DNA of 52,085 nucleotides from Pseudomonadota bacterium (lineage in GTDB: Bacteria > Pseudomonadota > Alphaproteobacteria > RF32 > CAG-239): contig CAKJXZ020000032.1 of the NCBI GenBank assembly GCA_918234285.1, forward strand, positions 1 to 52,085. Reading direction: 5' to 3'. Numbering within the stretch: the first letter of the stretch is position 1; every line of letters begins with the position of its first letter. This document shows, in pieces, positions 19,896 to 29,592 of this stretch. Below the pieces are notes generated by a model. That model was not told the DNA's origin. It made no database searches and saw nothing but the letters and a program-made list of their open reading frames with translations. The position numbers were made by a program, and so were the translations under genes.

Positions 19896-20270
19896 TCAAA
19901 GCGCTATTGACCACAAACCGTGCAAATTGCAATATTCATAAACTTTGAGCGGTTTGTCTTCGCTTGCAATATAAAAATCGGCCGCCGGTGCTTCATTTGG
20001 CTTCAAATATTTAATTTGCACCCCGTTCAAGGTTTCCAGCACAATCCATTGAATATAGTGCGCTTCAATCATCGGATGGTCGACACTGCCGATATTAACG
20101 TGAATTTTATTGCCTTCGCGGCTCCATACCGGCACATGCTTTTCGGTGGCAGCATCCACCGTGTTTTCGCTCAGCTTTTCCATTTCCGTACCGCAGCAAA
20201 TCATCGGCACACCCGATTTATGCATCATCATCACCAAATTGCCGCAGTGTTTACATCTGTAAAATTCCAT
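19896..20270 (-). CDS. dfx: Desulfoferrodoxin / superoxide reductase
   Basis: CKHCGN, CCG..M, EKHVP, HPM...HYI.WI, YCNLHGLW. Start is ATG 20270 or TTG 20273, overlapping the upstream stop. Confidence 0.97.
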   Translation of the reverse strand: MEFYRCKHCGNLVMMMHKSGVPMICCGTEMEKLSENTVDAATEKHVPVWSREGNKIHVNIGSVDHPMIEAHYIQWIVLETLNGVQIKYLKPNEAPAADFYIASEDKPLKVYEYCNLHGLWSIAL

Positions 20271-21253
20271 CAATTTTCTCCTTCAGCTTGTTGTCCGTTA
20301 TTTTTAGTGCAATAGTCATTTTGTTGCAAATAATACATTAAGGCAATATCAGCATCGCGCACTTCTTTCGGACGTTCGTCGAGCGGTATATTTTCCTCAT
20401 TATGCTTGGCAATAATATCTTTGAAATAAGGCAGAAGCTCATCAATGGCTTCCTGCGGCAAACGACAAGTATAACCGTAATCTTCCGACGCACTTTCAAA
20501 GTCGAGCCACAGATTATTCCGCAGATAAATGATACAGGTATTATCTTTATACTCCGCATTCAAGCTGCGTGTAACCGAAGCATCGGATAATTTTTCATTT
20601 TCTTCCAGCCCGAAATAATCCTGTTTACCGGCACAATTATTCAGCGCATAAATCAATCCGTCATACATATATTTAGGCAAATATTTATAACGCGCCACAT
20701 CCTTATTTTTCACCAAAATTTCCATATCGTCAAACCCGTGAACGTTATTCAACAGGGTTTTCGGCACGTTAAGCTCATAATGTCCGTATTTCAAATAGCA
20801 ATTATTATCCTTTTCGCCGACAATCTCCAATACCATTCTTCCGCGAACGGCCTTGTCCGCACGACAGGCAATAAGCGATCCCATAAATTCCGGCTCGAAT
20901 ACGTCCAATTTAACCTCGATTTCCGGCTGTTCCAACGTTTTCTCCGGCAATTGATTGACATCCGGCGTCACTATTATATTCCCCTGCGGCGTACTATCGG
21001 TATTTTGCAAGGTGCTGATATCCGGTGTATTTTCTGCGGCAATATCGGCATCGATATCCGCATTTGGCTCCGAATTATCTGCGTTTTCATCAGCAACAAC
21101 GGTCGCTTTCGGATGTGTAACCACCAACAAACCTTTATCATCTTCGGAATCTCTGCCCAGCATTCTCTGCGGTATTTGCGCTTGTACCGAAGATACCGCC
21201 ACTCCGACACAAAACAACAGACATATTGCCAATTTACCGTACATTTGCCGCAT
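20270..21253 (-). CDS. Hypothetical exported protein
   Basis: AAGGAGG before ATG 21253; signal peptide ending VQA; acidic linker; several Cys. The ORF extension to 21451 crosses a terminator and is judged spurious. Confidence 0.8.
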   Translation of the reverse strand: MRQMYGKLAICLLFCVGVAVSSVQAQIPQRMLGRDSEDDKGLLVVTHPKATVVADENADNSEPNADIDADIAAENTPDISTLQNTDSTPQGNIIVTPDVNQLPEKTLEQPEIEVKLDVFEPEFMGSLIACRADKAVRGRMVLEIVGEKDNNCYLKYGHYELNVPKTLLNNVHGFDDMEILVKNKDVARYKYLPKYMYDGLIYALNNCAGKQDYFGLEENEKLSDASVTRSLNAEYKDNTCIIYLRNNLWLDFESASEDYGYTCRLPQEAIDELLPYFKDIIAKHNEENIPLDERPKEVRDADIALMYYLQQNDYCTKNNGQQAEGEN

Positions 21254-21336
21254 TTTATCCTCCTTAAGATATTTAATCTCAAGCAACATTATAATAAATA
21301 TATCATAAAAATAAAACATTTTTATCATTTTATACA

Positions 21337-21372
21337 TAAAAAGAAAGGAGCCGTCATAAACAAACGCTCCTT
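21337..21372 (-). terminator. Intrinsic terminator with no annotated gene directly upstream
   Basis: Minus strand AAGGAGCGTT-loop-GACGGCTCCTTTCTTTTT. Confidence 0.7.
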
Positions 21373-21572
21373 CCTTCCGCCTTGTTGAGATTGCCGCAAC
21401 GGCCAAAGATAATACGCAACATCCGACAATCTGACAACACAGGCCTGACACGCAGCATATCCGGTAAAATAATTATTGTAATTATTTAATCTGTTACGAT
21501 GCTTATGTGCCGTTTCTTTCCGATTGTTTAGAGTTTAATTGCTTAAAAACATCACAACTCGTTAAGAACAGC
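21337..21572 (-). ncRNA. Candidate small RNA (or small-peptide transcript)
   Basis: Upstream TTGAAA-16 nt-TATATT, long imperfect hairpin 21379-21444, downstream terminator; only ORFs of 34 aa or less without RBS. Confidence 0.35.
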
Positions 21573-21683
21573 ATTAATATATAGCAATAATCTCCGCTTT
21601 CAATTATTCCCCGACCAAAGATCATATTCTGCTTGCAAGATTATGTCGAATATGATATATTTCTACCGATTGGAAGGAATGAA

Positions 21684-23339
21684 ATGTCGGTTGCTTACAA
21701 AGAGACGATCAAAAAAGAACGCTGGGGACATAAAGAACTGGTGCGCCGGTATGATAACGGCGACGTTGAAGAACTTTGTACCGAATACGACCAACGCCGT
21801 CAATGCGATAAAGTCATCAACCGCACCGTCAAACATCCCAACGGCTCCGAAGAAAGCTATAATCAATGGAATCAACTGGAACATCAGATTTTGAGCGACG
21901 GCACCGCGCTCTGCTACAACAACGGTATTCTGCATACCAAACATTTTCCCGACGGCTCTACGCAGAATTTTTACGAAAACGGTAATGTTTCGTCTTATAA
22001 AAGTGCCGACAAAACGTTGCTTATCTTTTATGACGAGGACGGCAACGTTACATTAAAGGAAGATCATGCAAAAAAACATTTTATTGCTTATGATTCGTCC
22101 GGCGAGATAAAATATGAGTTTTCACCGGAAAAGACCTATATCAACCTCAAATATATCAAATCTTTCAAACTCGGTGTCAAGGACCGCAACAAAGAAAATC
22201 ATTGGGTTGAAAACACCGCGCTTAATCCGACCAAAAAGACCGTTCTTTTCTTTGGCGGCGATGCAACTTATAATGCCAAAGAAGCCAACGGATATCTTAA
22301 TTCGGTTATTGATATTTTTGCCGTAGACGATGAACAACTAAACGATATACAACTTGTTTCCTGCTATCGGCAAAAGACTGTTGATATATTTGCCCATTAT
22401 TTGGAGAAAACTCAAAACGACTTTAATGTCGAAAATTTCAAGGCAGACATCCGTCGACGCGAAATATTGTTGAAACTTATGCCGTTTATGGCGCAAAAAA
22501 TTGATGGCGTTTGGGAACGCATTACGCCGCAACAGTTATACGCCAATTTTCGCAATCTTATGCTGATGAGCCATTGTTACGGTGCCAAAGATATCTGCAC
22601 GGTGGCTGATGTTTTGCGGCAAACCATGGGTAAACTCGGCTACAGTGCCGAGGTACAAAAGCACGCCTTGCGGCAAGTTGTTTGCATAACCAACAACACT
22701 CCGCGCGAATTTAACGACAACACCGGCTTTACCGTTTTTCATCGCTATTCGGTATATGACGGACAATGGAAAAAACAATATGACAAGCATTATTCAAGCG
22801 ATTATCCGGTGTTTTTGGAAGACTATCCGCCTTTGCGGCAATATAAAAGATCCAAAGCAGCTTTCATTAACTTGAATAAAAACGAGATGTTGTTGGTCTT
22901 TAACAAAGTTTTGCATTATAAATGCGATAGAGACGAACATAACTCTGCTTTTTGGACGGTTGATAAAAAAATGTTGAGTCCGGTCGGTAAAATGCAGGCC
23001 GAGCTTATCAAATGTCTGGGGCGGCATTGGCTTAACGACAACGGCGAAATTACAAGTGCCGTCGAATTTATGAAACAAAGCGTGCAAAACCTGAAATTGC
23101 GCCAACAAATATCCGCCGCTCTCATTGCCGGACGCAAGTTGCAAAAAGATAAGATGAATCCGCTGCTTAATCATTCGATTTTAAGCTCGGCTTATGAAAA
23201 ATACAAATGCTCCGGATATCCGACGGAAGAACACGGTGCCTGGAAGCTGTTGTCGGAACAGGCCCAAAAAGATACTCCGCAAGAAAAATGTATGGGATTA
23301 TATATGGACGTGTTGCTTAACTTTAAGTCACGCGACTAG
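21684..23339 (+). CDS. Hypothetical protein: N-terminal beta-hairpin repeats plus alpha/beta-hydrolase-like domain
   Basis: Promoter TTGCAA-17-TATATT at 21633 and GGAAGG RBS place the start at 21684; YENGNV/YDEDGNV/YDSSGEI repeats; VLFFGGD and MSHCYGA. Confidence 0.75.
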   Translation: MSVAYKETIKKERWGHKELVRRYDNGDVEELCTEYDQRRQCDKVINRTVKHPNGSEESYNQWNQLEHQILSDGTALCYNNGILHTKHFPDGSTQNFYENGNVSSYKSADKTLLIFYDEDGNVTLKEDHAKKHFIAYDSSGEIKYEFSPEKTYINLKYIKSFKLGVKDRNKENHWVENTALNPTKKTVLFFGGDATYNAKEANGYLNSVIDIFAVDDEQLNDIQLVSCYRQKTVDIFAHYLEKTQNDFNVENFKADIRRREILLKLMPFMAQKIDGVWERITPQQLYANFRNLMLMSHCYGAKDICTVADVLRQTMGKLGYSAEVQKHALRQVVCITNNTPREFNDNTGFTVFHRYSVYDGQWKKQYDKHYSSDYPVFLEDYPPLRQYKRSKAAFINLNKNEMLLVFNKVLHYKCDRDEHNSAFWTVDKKMLSPVGKMQAELIKCLGRHWLNDNGEITSAVEFMKQSVQNLKLRQQISAALIAGRKLQKDKMNPLLNHSILSSAYEKYKCSGYPTEEHGAWKLLSEQAQKDTPQEKCMGLYMDVLLNFKSRD

Positions 23340-23902
23340 CCTTTATATTCGGATTTGAGTTTTGACCAGATATTGGTATCAACGAATATATTTTCGGTCG
23401 GCGAAGTTCTGTCTTGCCGTAAAACACCGTCGAGATGATATCCGGCCCTCGCCGCCACATTGGCCGAGCGGGTATTGCGCGTATCGTTAATGATGATGAT
23501 ACGGTTAAAGCCGTGAGCAAAAACCTCTTTTTCCAACAATTTAACCGCCTCGTTCATGTAACCGTGACCGACTTCGGATGAGCGCAACCAATAGCCTATT
23601 TCGCCGCATTTCCAGGCAGCATTGACCTTCATAAAGTCAATCAAACCGAGCAATTTTCCGTCGTCTTTTTTTCTGACAATATAGGCATAGCCGATTTTTT
23701 CCCGCCAATTCTTTTCACACCAATTCAACAACCAGCCGAATTCATCCTCTGCCTTTTTGTTTTCAAGCGCCCACGGCAACCATGGTAACAAATCAGTGCG
23801 CGATTCATCAACTGCCACAATCAATTCTTCGGCCAACTTAAAAGTGGCGCGGGCACGTTTTAATACAATTTTTTCTCCTTGGATGGTGTGCGGAAAATTC
23901 AT
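23336..23902 (-). CDS. GNAT N-acetyltransferase (RimJ/RimL family)
   Basis: L.PWLPW, GEIGYWL, GHGYM.EA, N.RS..VA.R.GY..DG.LR. Confidence 0.93.
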   Translation of the reverse strand: MNFPHTIQGEKIVLKRARATFKLAEELIVAVDESRTDLLPWLPWALENKKAEDEFGWLLNWCEKNWREKIGYAYIVRKKDDGKLLGLIDFMKVNAAWKCGEIGYWLRSSEVGHGYMNEAVKLLEKEVFAHGFNRIIIINDTRNTRSANVAARAGYHLDGVLRQDRTSPTENIFVDTNIWSKLKSEYKG

Positions 23903-24026
23903 CTTTATCTCCTCTGTTGTTTTACCTCGCCTATTGTATTTTAAATCCGCGACCTTGGCAACAAAAAATTTACCTAATATTGATATTTATAAGCTATAAT
24001 GTCGTTGTTTGAAGAAGGAGACGGAT

Positions 24027-24923
24027 ATGTCGGAACATCATCACAAAATGTGTGACCATCACCACCACAAAGTCAGTGAAAAATCAATAAAATTGTTGAT
24101 ACTTTCTTTTGTTATAAATATGCTGCTGTCGTTGGCCGAAATAATCGGCGGAATTATTGCCGGCAGTGTAGCGCTGATTGGCGATGCTCTGCATAACACC
24201 TCAGACGCACTGTCGATTTTGATTGCGATTATTGCTTATAAAATCGGGCATCGTAAGGCTTCGCTCAAATATACTTACGGTTTTAAGCGAGCGGAGATTA
24301 TCGGCGGCTTTGTCAACCTGATTTTATTGTTTATATCCGGTTGTTATCTGCTGGTTGAAGGGATTGAGCGTTTGATAAGCCCGCAACAAATCGACGGAAT
24401 GATGATTGTAATTATCTCGGTTTTAGCGTTAATTATCGACACTGCAACCGCCAAAATTTCGCACCGACACGCTCATCACAATACCAATATGCGTATGGTA
24501 TTCATTCATAATCTGGCCGATGCGTTGGGCTCGGTTGGTGTGATTGTTTCCGGCCTGTGCGTGATGTGGTTCGGTATTTATCGCCTCGACGGGATAATCG
24601 CCCTTTTAATTGCCGGTTACATGATTTTCCAGGCGGTGGTATCGTTTCCGAAAATCGTTAATATTCTGATGAATGCCGCACCGGAACATCTCAATCAGGA
24701 CGAGATTATTAAAGCCGTCTGTTCCGTAAAAGGAGTGCGCAACGTCCATCATATTCATCTTTGGAGCGTAAGCGAACATACCGTTTCGCTCGAGTGCCAT
24801 GTTGAAACCGAAAATCCGGATGCGGTTAAAAAGATATCCCATTTATTGGCGGAAAAATTCGATATACACCACAGCACCATTCAAACCGAAACCGGTCATA
24901 ACTGCCACGAGTGCGAACTTTAG
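24027..24923 (+). CDS. czcD: Cation diffusion facilitator (CzcD/ZitB-like)
   Basis: His-rich N-terminus, DALHNTSD, YTYGFKRAE, HNLAD, VHHIHLW; AAGGAG before ATG 24027. Confidence 0.94.
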   Translation: MSEHHHKMCDHHHHKVSEKSIKLLILSFVINMLLSLAEIIGGIIAGSVALIGDALHNTSDALSILIAIIAYKIGHRKASLKYTYGFKRAEIIGGFVNLILLFISGCYLLVEGIERLISPQQIDGMMIVIISVLALIIDTATAKISHRHAHHNTNMRMVFIHNLADALGSVGVIVSGLCVMWFGIYRLDGIIALLIAGYMIFQAVVSFPKIVNILMNAAPEHLNQDEIIKAVCSVKGVRNVHHIHLWSVSEHTVSLECHVETENPDAVKKISHLLAEKFDIHHSTIQTETGHNCHECEL

Positions 24924-25711
24924 AAATTATTGCGTTCGACATCCAGAAAATAATCTACCGTAGCTTCTTCCAAAGCCCCTACTGCCGGTTTGTCACAGAC
25001 AATTATTCCGTGCGGATGACGTTGCAGCGCCGAGATTGTCCAAACGTGGCTGATACCGCCCTCGATTCCGTGTTTGAGTGCCTGTGCTTTATTGGCACCG
25101 GTTGCTAAAATCATTACTTCTTCGGCATCCATAACCGTGGCCACTCCCACCGTCAGCGCCATAGTCGGCACTTTGGATAAATCGCCGTCAAAAAAGCGCG
25201 AATTGGCCTTAATCGTGCTCTCGGTCAGGGTCTTAACCCGTGTACGCGAACAAAGCGAAGAAAACGGCTCGTTAAAGGCAATATGCCCGTCCTCGCCCAC
25301 ACCGCCGATAAACAAATGCACTCCGCCGGCTTCTTTGATTGCCAGTTCATAATTGCGGCATTCTTTGGCAAAATCCTTGGTCATACCGTCGAGAATATGA
25401 ATATTTTTGCGTTGAATATCAATGTGATTAAAGAAATTTTCAAACATAAAATAATGATAACTCTGCGGATGCTCCGGCGACAGACCGATATATTCATCCA
25501 TATTAAAAGTCACAACATGCTCAAACGAAACCTTGCCGGCTTTGTTGAGTTTTATCAGCTCGGCATACATTCCGAGCGGCGTCGAACCGGTCGGAAGCCC
25601 CAACACAAACGGCTTTTTCGCCGTCGGCCGAAAATGATTGATTTTATAAGCCACATACTGCGCTGCCCATTCGGCAACATTTTGTTTGTCCTCTTTTATA
25701 ATCACTCGCAT
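24920..25711 (-). CDS. nagB: Glucosamine-6-phosphate deaminase
   Basis: LGLPTGSTP, TFNMDEY, GHIAFNEP, ANSRFF; start set at MRVIIK (25711). Confidence 0.98.
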   Translation of the reverse strand: MRVIIKEDKQNVAEWAAQYVAYKINHFRPTAKKPFVLGLPTGSTPLGMYAELIKLNKAGKVSFEHVVTFNMDEYIGLSPEHPQSYHYFMFENFFNHIDIQRKNIHILDGMTKDFAKECRNYELAIKEAGGVHLFIGGVGEDGHIAFNEPFSSLCSRTRVKTLTESTIKANSRFFDGDLSKVPTMALTVGVATVMDAEEVMILATGANKAQALKHGIEGGISHVWTISALQRHPHGIIVCDKPAVGALEEATVDYFLDVERNNF

Positions 25712-25881
25712 AACACTAATCCTTACAATGTTTGATATCTTAATCATTAACACCGAAAAAAACAAAAGTAAACCGTATAATGAGTTTGAATGCATAATCC
25801 ACAATTGAATATTCACCAATAAAAATTCACTTTATTTTCATGCGAAATCACTTTATAATAGTGTCTGTTTGGAGTAAGCCG

Positions 25882-27357
25882 ATGTTTAAAAAAATCATAC
25901 AATTTCTGCTCATAACGTATAGTCTTATTTGTTGTATCATATTTATTATCGGCTTTATTTATTTATTTGCACAATCTTTGTACGGTAATTTTTCCATACG
26001 TCAGTTTGTATTTCATTTTTCCGTTCTTTCGACTATGGATATTTCCGTTAAAACGGTTATATTTATATTGGTTCCCATCTTGTTGTGCGGATTTTTGATA
26101 TTGTACGCTATTAAAAGACCGTTATTATGGTTACGTCATTATATTTCGGAAACTGCCATTGATAAATTGCACCGACACGACTGTTTATTGAGTTTTATCA
26201 CTTCAACAATCGCCGCGCTCATCGTTATTGTGACAATTTCCGCATATTCCTACCCGTTGCCGCAAATTATAAAACAGCTGAAATATTCCTTAGAAATCAT
26301 CAACGGTTCCAAACATTACGACACGATTATAGATGAAAATTTCACTGATCCGGCTTCATTGCAATTTGCATTAACACAGCCGAAAAATCTTATTGTCATA
26401 TTTACCGAATCATTGGAATATACTTTTGCCGACGAAAATGCGTTTGATACAAATCTTTTACCGAACCTTACACAACAACAGGGCACGTCATTTTTCGGCG
26501 ATACGGATTTGAGTGAAACCAATTGGACCTTTGCCGGAATGGCCGCAGCTTTTTGCGGTATAACCCATAAGGTGTATATTCCGAAGCGCGAGTTGTCGGA
26601 TAAACTTGTTTGCATCAGTGATATTCTGCAAAAAAACGAATATAACCTGTATTTTTTCAAAGCAGCACCGCTTAAATTTTCCGCCGCCGGAGATTTTTTA
26701 AAGAAGCACGGATTTTCAAATATTTACGGAGCAGATGAATTACAGTCAGTTTCTGCGGAAAATGTTTATAATCTTCATTTTATCGGTCGCACCTTGGAAG
26801 ATTCCGCTTTGATGAAAATATTCCAAGAACAAATTGAAGAGCTGGCTCGTTCTCCCTCTCCTTTTATGGCCGTAGCCTTAACCGCAAACACTCATCCCTT
26901 CCATGGTCACACCGAAAAACAATGCCTCAAGAAATATAACGATATGCGGGACAGTATATTGTGCAGCGATAAAATATTGGCTTCTTTTGTTGAATGGTTT
27001 AAGAAGCAAGATTTTGCCCAAAATACGACTCTCCTCATCTTGGGCGACCATCTGATGATGTATAACGATGTGCAACAATATCTTGATAAGTCCGAAAAAA
27101 GAGAAATATTTAATATGATGTGGGGTTATGCTGCCCCAAAAATCAGCCAAAAGCGACAATTCAACCAATTTGATTGGGCACCGACACTGTTGGAAATGGC
27201 CGGTTTCAAATGGAATGGGCATAAATTTGCCTTAGGTACATCTTTGTTATCATCGGAAAATACCTTAATGGAAATATACGGAGACGATTTGAATAGTCGT
27301 CTGATAAAGAATTCCGAATTATTCGAAAAAGAACTGACAGTTCCTTCTGCCGATTGA
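25882..27357 (+). CDS. LTA synthase / phosphoglycerol transferase I (OpgB/MdoB-like) sulfatase-fold membrane protein
   Basis: 3 TM segments, NLIVIFTESLE, WT..GM catalytic Thr, NTHP, GDHL; GGAG before ATG 25882. Confidence 0.85.
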   Translation: MFKKIIQFLLITYSLICCIIFIIGFIYLFAQSLYGNFSIRQFVFHFSVLSTMDISVKTVIFILVPILLCGFLILYAIKRPLLWLRHYISETAIDKLHRHDCLLSFITSTIAALIVIVTISAYSYPLPQIIKQLKYSLEIINGSKHYDTIIDENFTDPASLQFALTQPKNLIVIFTESLEYTFADENAFDTNLLPNLTQQQGTSFFGDTDLSETNWTFAGMAAAFCGITHKVYIPKRELSDKLVCISDILQKNEYNLYFFKAAPLKFSAAGDFLKKHGFSNIYGADELQSVSAENVYNLHFIGRTLEDSALMKIFQEQIEELARSPSPFMAVALTANTHPFHGHTEKQCLKKYNDMRDSILCSDKILASFVEWFKKQDFAQNTTLLILGDHLMMYNDVQQYLDKSEKREIFNMMWGYAAPKISQKRQFNQFDWAPTLLEMAGFKWNGHKFALGTSLLSSENTLMEIYGDDLNSRLIKNSELFEKELTVPSAD

Positions 27358-27398
27358 TTTTCTTGCCGAATGTGCCGCCACATGATTTTCATTACATA

Positions 27399-27426
27399 TT
27401 GACATTTACGCTGATAGTGCTATCAT
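27399..27426 (+). promoter_or_regulatory. Sigma70-like promoter
   Basis: TTGACA-16 nt-TATCAT with TG extended -10. Confidence 0.65.
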
Positions 27427-27511
27427 TATAACGCTTTTATATATAATGATATTCTATAATTGATTTATTATTTATTGAATTGGGTTTACAGTGGCCTGAT
27501 GATAAATTTAA

Positions 27512-27640
27512 GGTAAGTCAAGCTTGATGTTCGTTAGAGTAAAGCAGATTGTCTGTCTGGCGGCTGCTTTACGGCAGTTGTTATGTTTCCTCCGACAATC
27601 TTCACTAATTTCGGCCTACGGGAAACAGGGCGAGACTTCC
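27512..27640 (+). promoter_or_regulatory. Candidate structured 5' leader RNA
   Basis: Stems GTAAAGCAG/CTGCTTTAC, TGTTTCC/GGAAACA, AAGTC/GACTT and cross-pairing AGATTGTC/GACAATCT, found by eye. Confidence 0.4.
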
Positions 27641-27653
27641 AAAATTTTACATT

Positions 27654-28976
27654 ATGGATTCTACAAAAATGTTTGCACCGAAAATGGTGCCGGTATCAAC
27701 CGTGTGCAGCTACATTGTGTATTACACCGGTGCAATCTTCTGGTTTTTAGTGCTTTTCAACCCACTCTCGATGTTTCTGATTAACCTCTGTGCTCCCGCT
27801 TTGGCGGCAACATTGGCACACAGCAAAACCTATTGCGGCGACACAATCTGCGGGTTCTACACTTATTTGGCTCTCAAATGGCCTTTTAAGTGGGCAAAAT
27901 GGTGGATTCCGCTGGATAAACTGCGCGACTACACTGTCAGAGAGCAAGAAATCTACTTTAACGATGTGCACCGCAGCAGGGAAGTTATGTGGGCTTTGAG
28001 TCCGGAGGCTTGGGCAAAGCTGATGAAAAACATCTATGCCTACCCGTTCAAGGTGCTAGCCGACGGTATGCGAGAGCGCAACGACTTGTTTGCAGCGTTG
28101 CTTGACCTGACTTCTGAGGAAGGTAGAGAACGCGAGCTCCTGAAGCAATATATGCACTACGGTGCATTGCCGAAGCCGCAGATGGAAATTCTGGTTGACA
28201 AGGTGCGTAAGGAGAGTTCTCAAGGCAAGCATGAGGTTTTGTTCCGCATTTTGTGTGACTATATTGAGCGTTGCGGTTTCAGTAAGGATATGACGGAGAG
28301 AATCATCAATGACGACACGGTATCGCAGTTGCTCAAAGATGAGGTCACCGACAACCTTTTGGCTCATAATCAGCGCATCAAGACTAAGTGTTTGTTCAAC
28401 CTGAGCACACTTGAGCAAGTCGAGGCCTGGCAGAAATTCTGCGAAACCAACAAGAGGATTCATCCCATGGCCCAGCAGGAAATGAGCCTCAATCAGTACG
28501 CCATGTTCCACAAGCACGGTCACTCGCTTGATGCCGGTGCAATCGCCTATCTGCTGTGGCACGGCGATGAGAAAATGGCTGAGCAGATTTTCCGCAATGA
28601 GCCGAAATTCGGTATTCTCAATGAACAAATTGAGTTTGTGTTGCACAAGCACAAGGGCTTCAACTTGTTGTTGCAGGATGTCATCAAAGAAACCGAGGAA
28701 GATTTGCTCAAGCGCATCTCTAATCACGAGGAGCTGAGCATCGAGCAGCTGAACAAGGTGTTTGACTGCCCGTCGGCTACGAAATTGGTATGTGATTACA
28801 TTGCCTTCCATCCGCTGCCGGACGACCTGCAGACACGGATGCTGGCATTACCGAACGCCTCCACGCTCATCAATCTTTATGATATGAGAGAGCTGAGCGA
28901 CGGTGAGCGCTATCATCTCCTTCCGGAGTTGCGTAAAACAGCCGAAGAAAATAAGTGGCTTCCCTCAAAAGAGTGA
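27654..28976 (+). CDS. Hypothetical protein, N-terminal TM region plus degenerate helical repeats
   Basis: 440-aa ORF bounded by promoter and terminator; no recognisable family. Confidence 0.8.
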   Translation: MDSTKMFAPKMVPVSTVCSYIVYYTGAIFWFLVLFNPLSMFLINLCAPALAATLAHSKTYCGDTICGFYTYLALKWPFKWAKWWIPLDKLRDYTVREQEIYFNDVHRSREVMWALSPEAWAKLMKNIYAYPFKVLADGMRERNDLFAALLDLTSEEGRERELLKQYMHYGALPKPQMEILVDKVRKESSQGKHEVLFRILCDYIERCGFSKDMTERIINDDTVSQLLKDEVTDNLLAHNQRIKTKCLFNLSTLEQVEAWQKFCETNKRIHPMAQQEMSLNQYAMFHKHGHSLDAGAIAYLLWHGDEKMAEQIFRNEPKFGILNEQIEFVLHKHKGFNLLLQDVIKETEEDLLKRISNHEELSIEQLNKVFDCPSATKLVCDYIAFHPLPDDLQTRMLALPNASTLINLYDMRELSDGERYHLLPELRKTAEENKWLPSKE

Positions 28977-28991
28977 TTATATGCTACCCGT

Positions 28992-29027
28992 AAAAAAGCT
29001 GTCGGAGTAAAATCCGACGGCTTTTTT
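28992..29027 (+). terminator. Intrinsic terminator
   Basis: AAAAAAGCTGTCGGA/TCCGACGGCTTTTTT. Confidence 0.9.
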
Positions 29028-29053
29028 ATTTGCCCGTTTTCTCAGTATCCCCC

Positions 29054-29082
29054 TTGACTCTAAAAAATTTTTTATTTATGGT
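29054..29082 (+). promoter_or_regulatory. Sigma70-like promoter
   Basis: TTGACT-17 nt-TATGGT. Confidence 0.6.
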
Positions 29083-29139
29083 ATGCGCTGTAAAATGTAT
29101 AATTATAACATTGAATTATTAACTTAAAATAACATAATT

Positions 29140-29550
29140 ATGAAAAAAGAAATGACATTTATGGTGGCTACCGCAATTTTATTTGTTGCTGTTGCCGCGG
29201 TGGCTTTGTTTGTATGGCATTCGTGGTATTTATACTGCGGTGCGGTTCTTACCGGTTATGCAGCTCTTACGCTCCTGACCATCATCTTAAATCGTTCGCT
29301 CAACATTGAGTATCAATACTTCGGGCAATATATAAACGATAAAGGCCGTTTTTACGGCGTTGTCGCAGGTTGTTACGCAGCAGTCTGTCTGATTAACGTT
29401 ATTTTATCGATTGCGACTCAAGGTTCTACAGATACACGTGTGTTACTTGCGATTATGAACTTGGTAATTGCATGGATATTCCTGATTTTCGCAGTATACT
29501 GTTGTGAAGGTAAGGATTGGTACTTATGGTTTATCAAAGCGATGTGCTGA
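29140..29550 (+). CDS. Hypothetical membrane protein (4 TM)
   Basis: 136 aa with four hydrophobic segments. Confidence 0.8.
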   Translation: MKKEMTFMVATAILFVAVAAVALFVWHSWYLYCGAVLTGYAALTLLTIILNRSLNIEYQYFGQYINDKGRFYGVVAGCYAAVCLINVILSIATQGSTDTRVLLAIMNLVIAWIFLIFAVYCCEGKDWYLWFIKAMC

Positions 29551-29592
29551 CGAAATGGTTATACATTAAAACATTATAATTTTAGAAGTAAT

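Noticed and set aside
21360-21452. SRP (4.5S) RNA, suggested by GTCAGG...CGGAAGGAAGGAGC on the minus strand
   Set aside because: The domain IV motif must be contiguous (CAGGUCCGGAAGGAAGCAGC). Here it is split by a long stem and the GGAA loop lacks a closing stem.
27496-27627. Hammerhead ribozyme (CTGATGA ... GAAAC)
   Set aside because: No stem II directly links CTGATGA to GAAA, and I could not build stems I and III.
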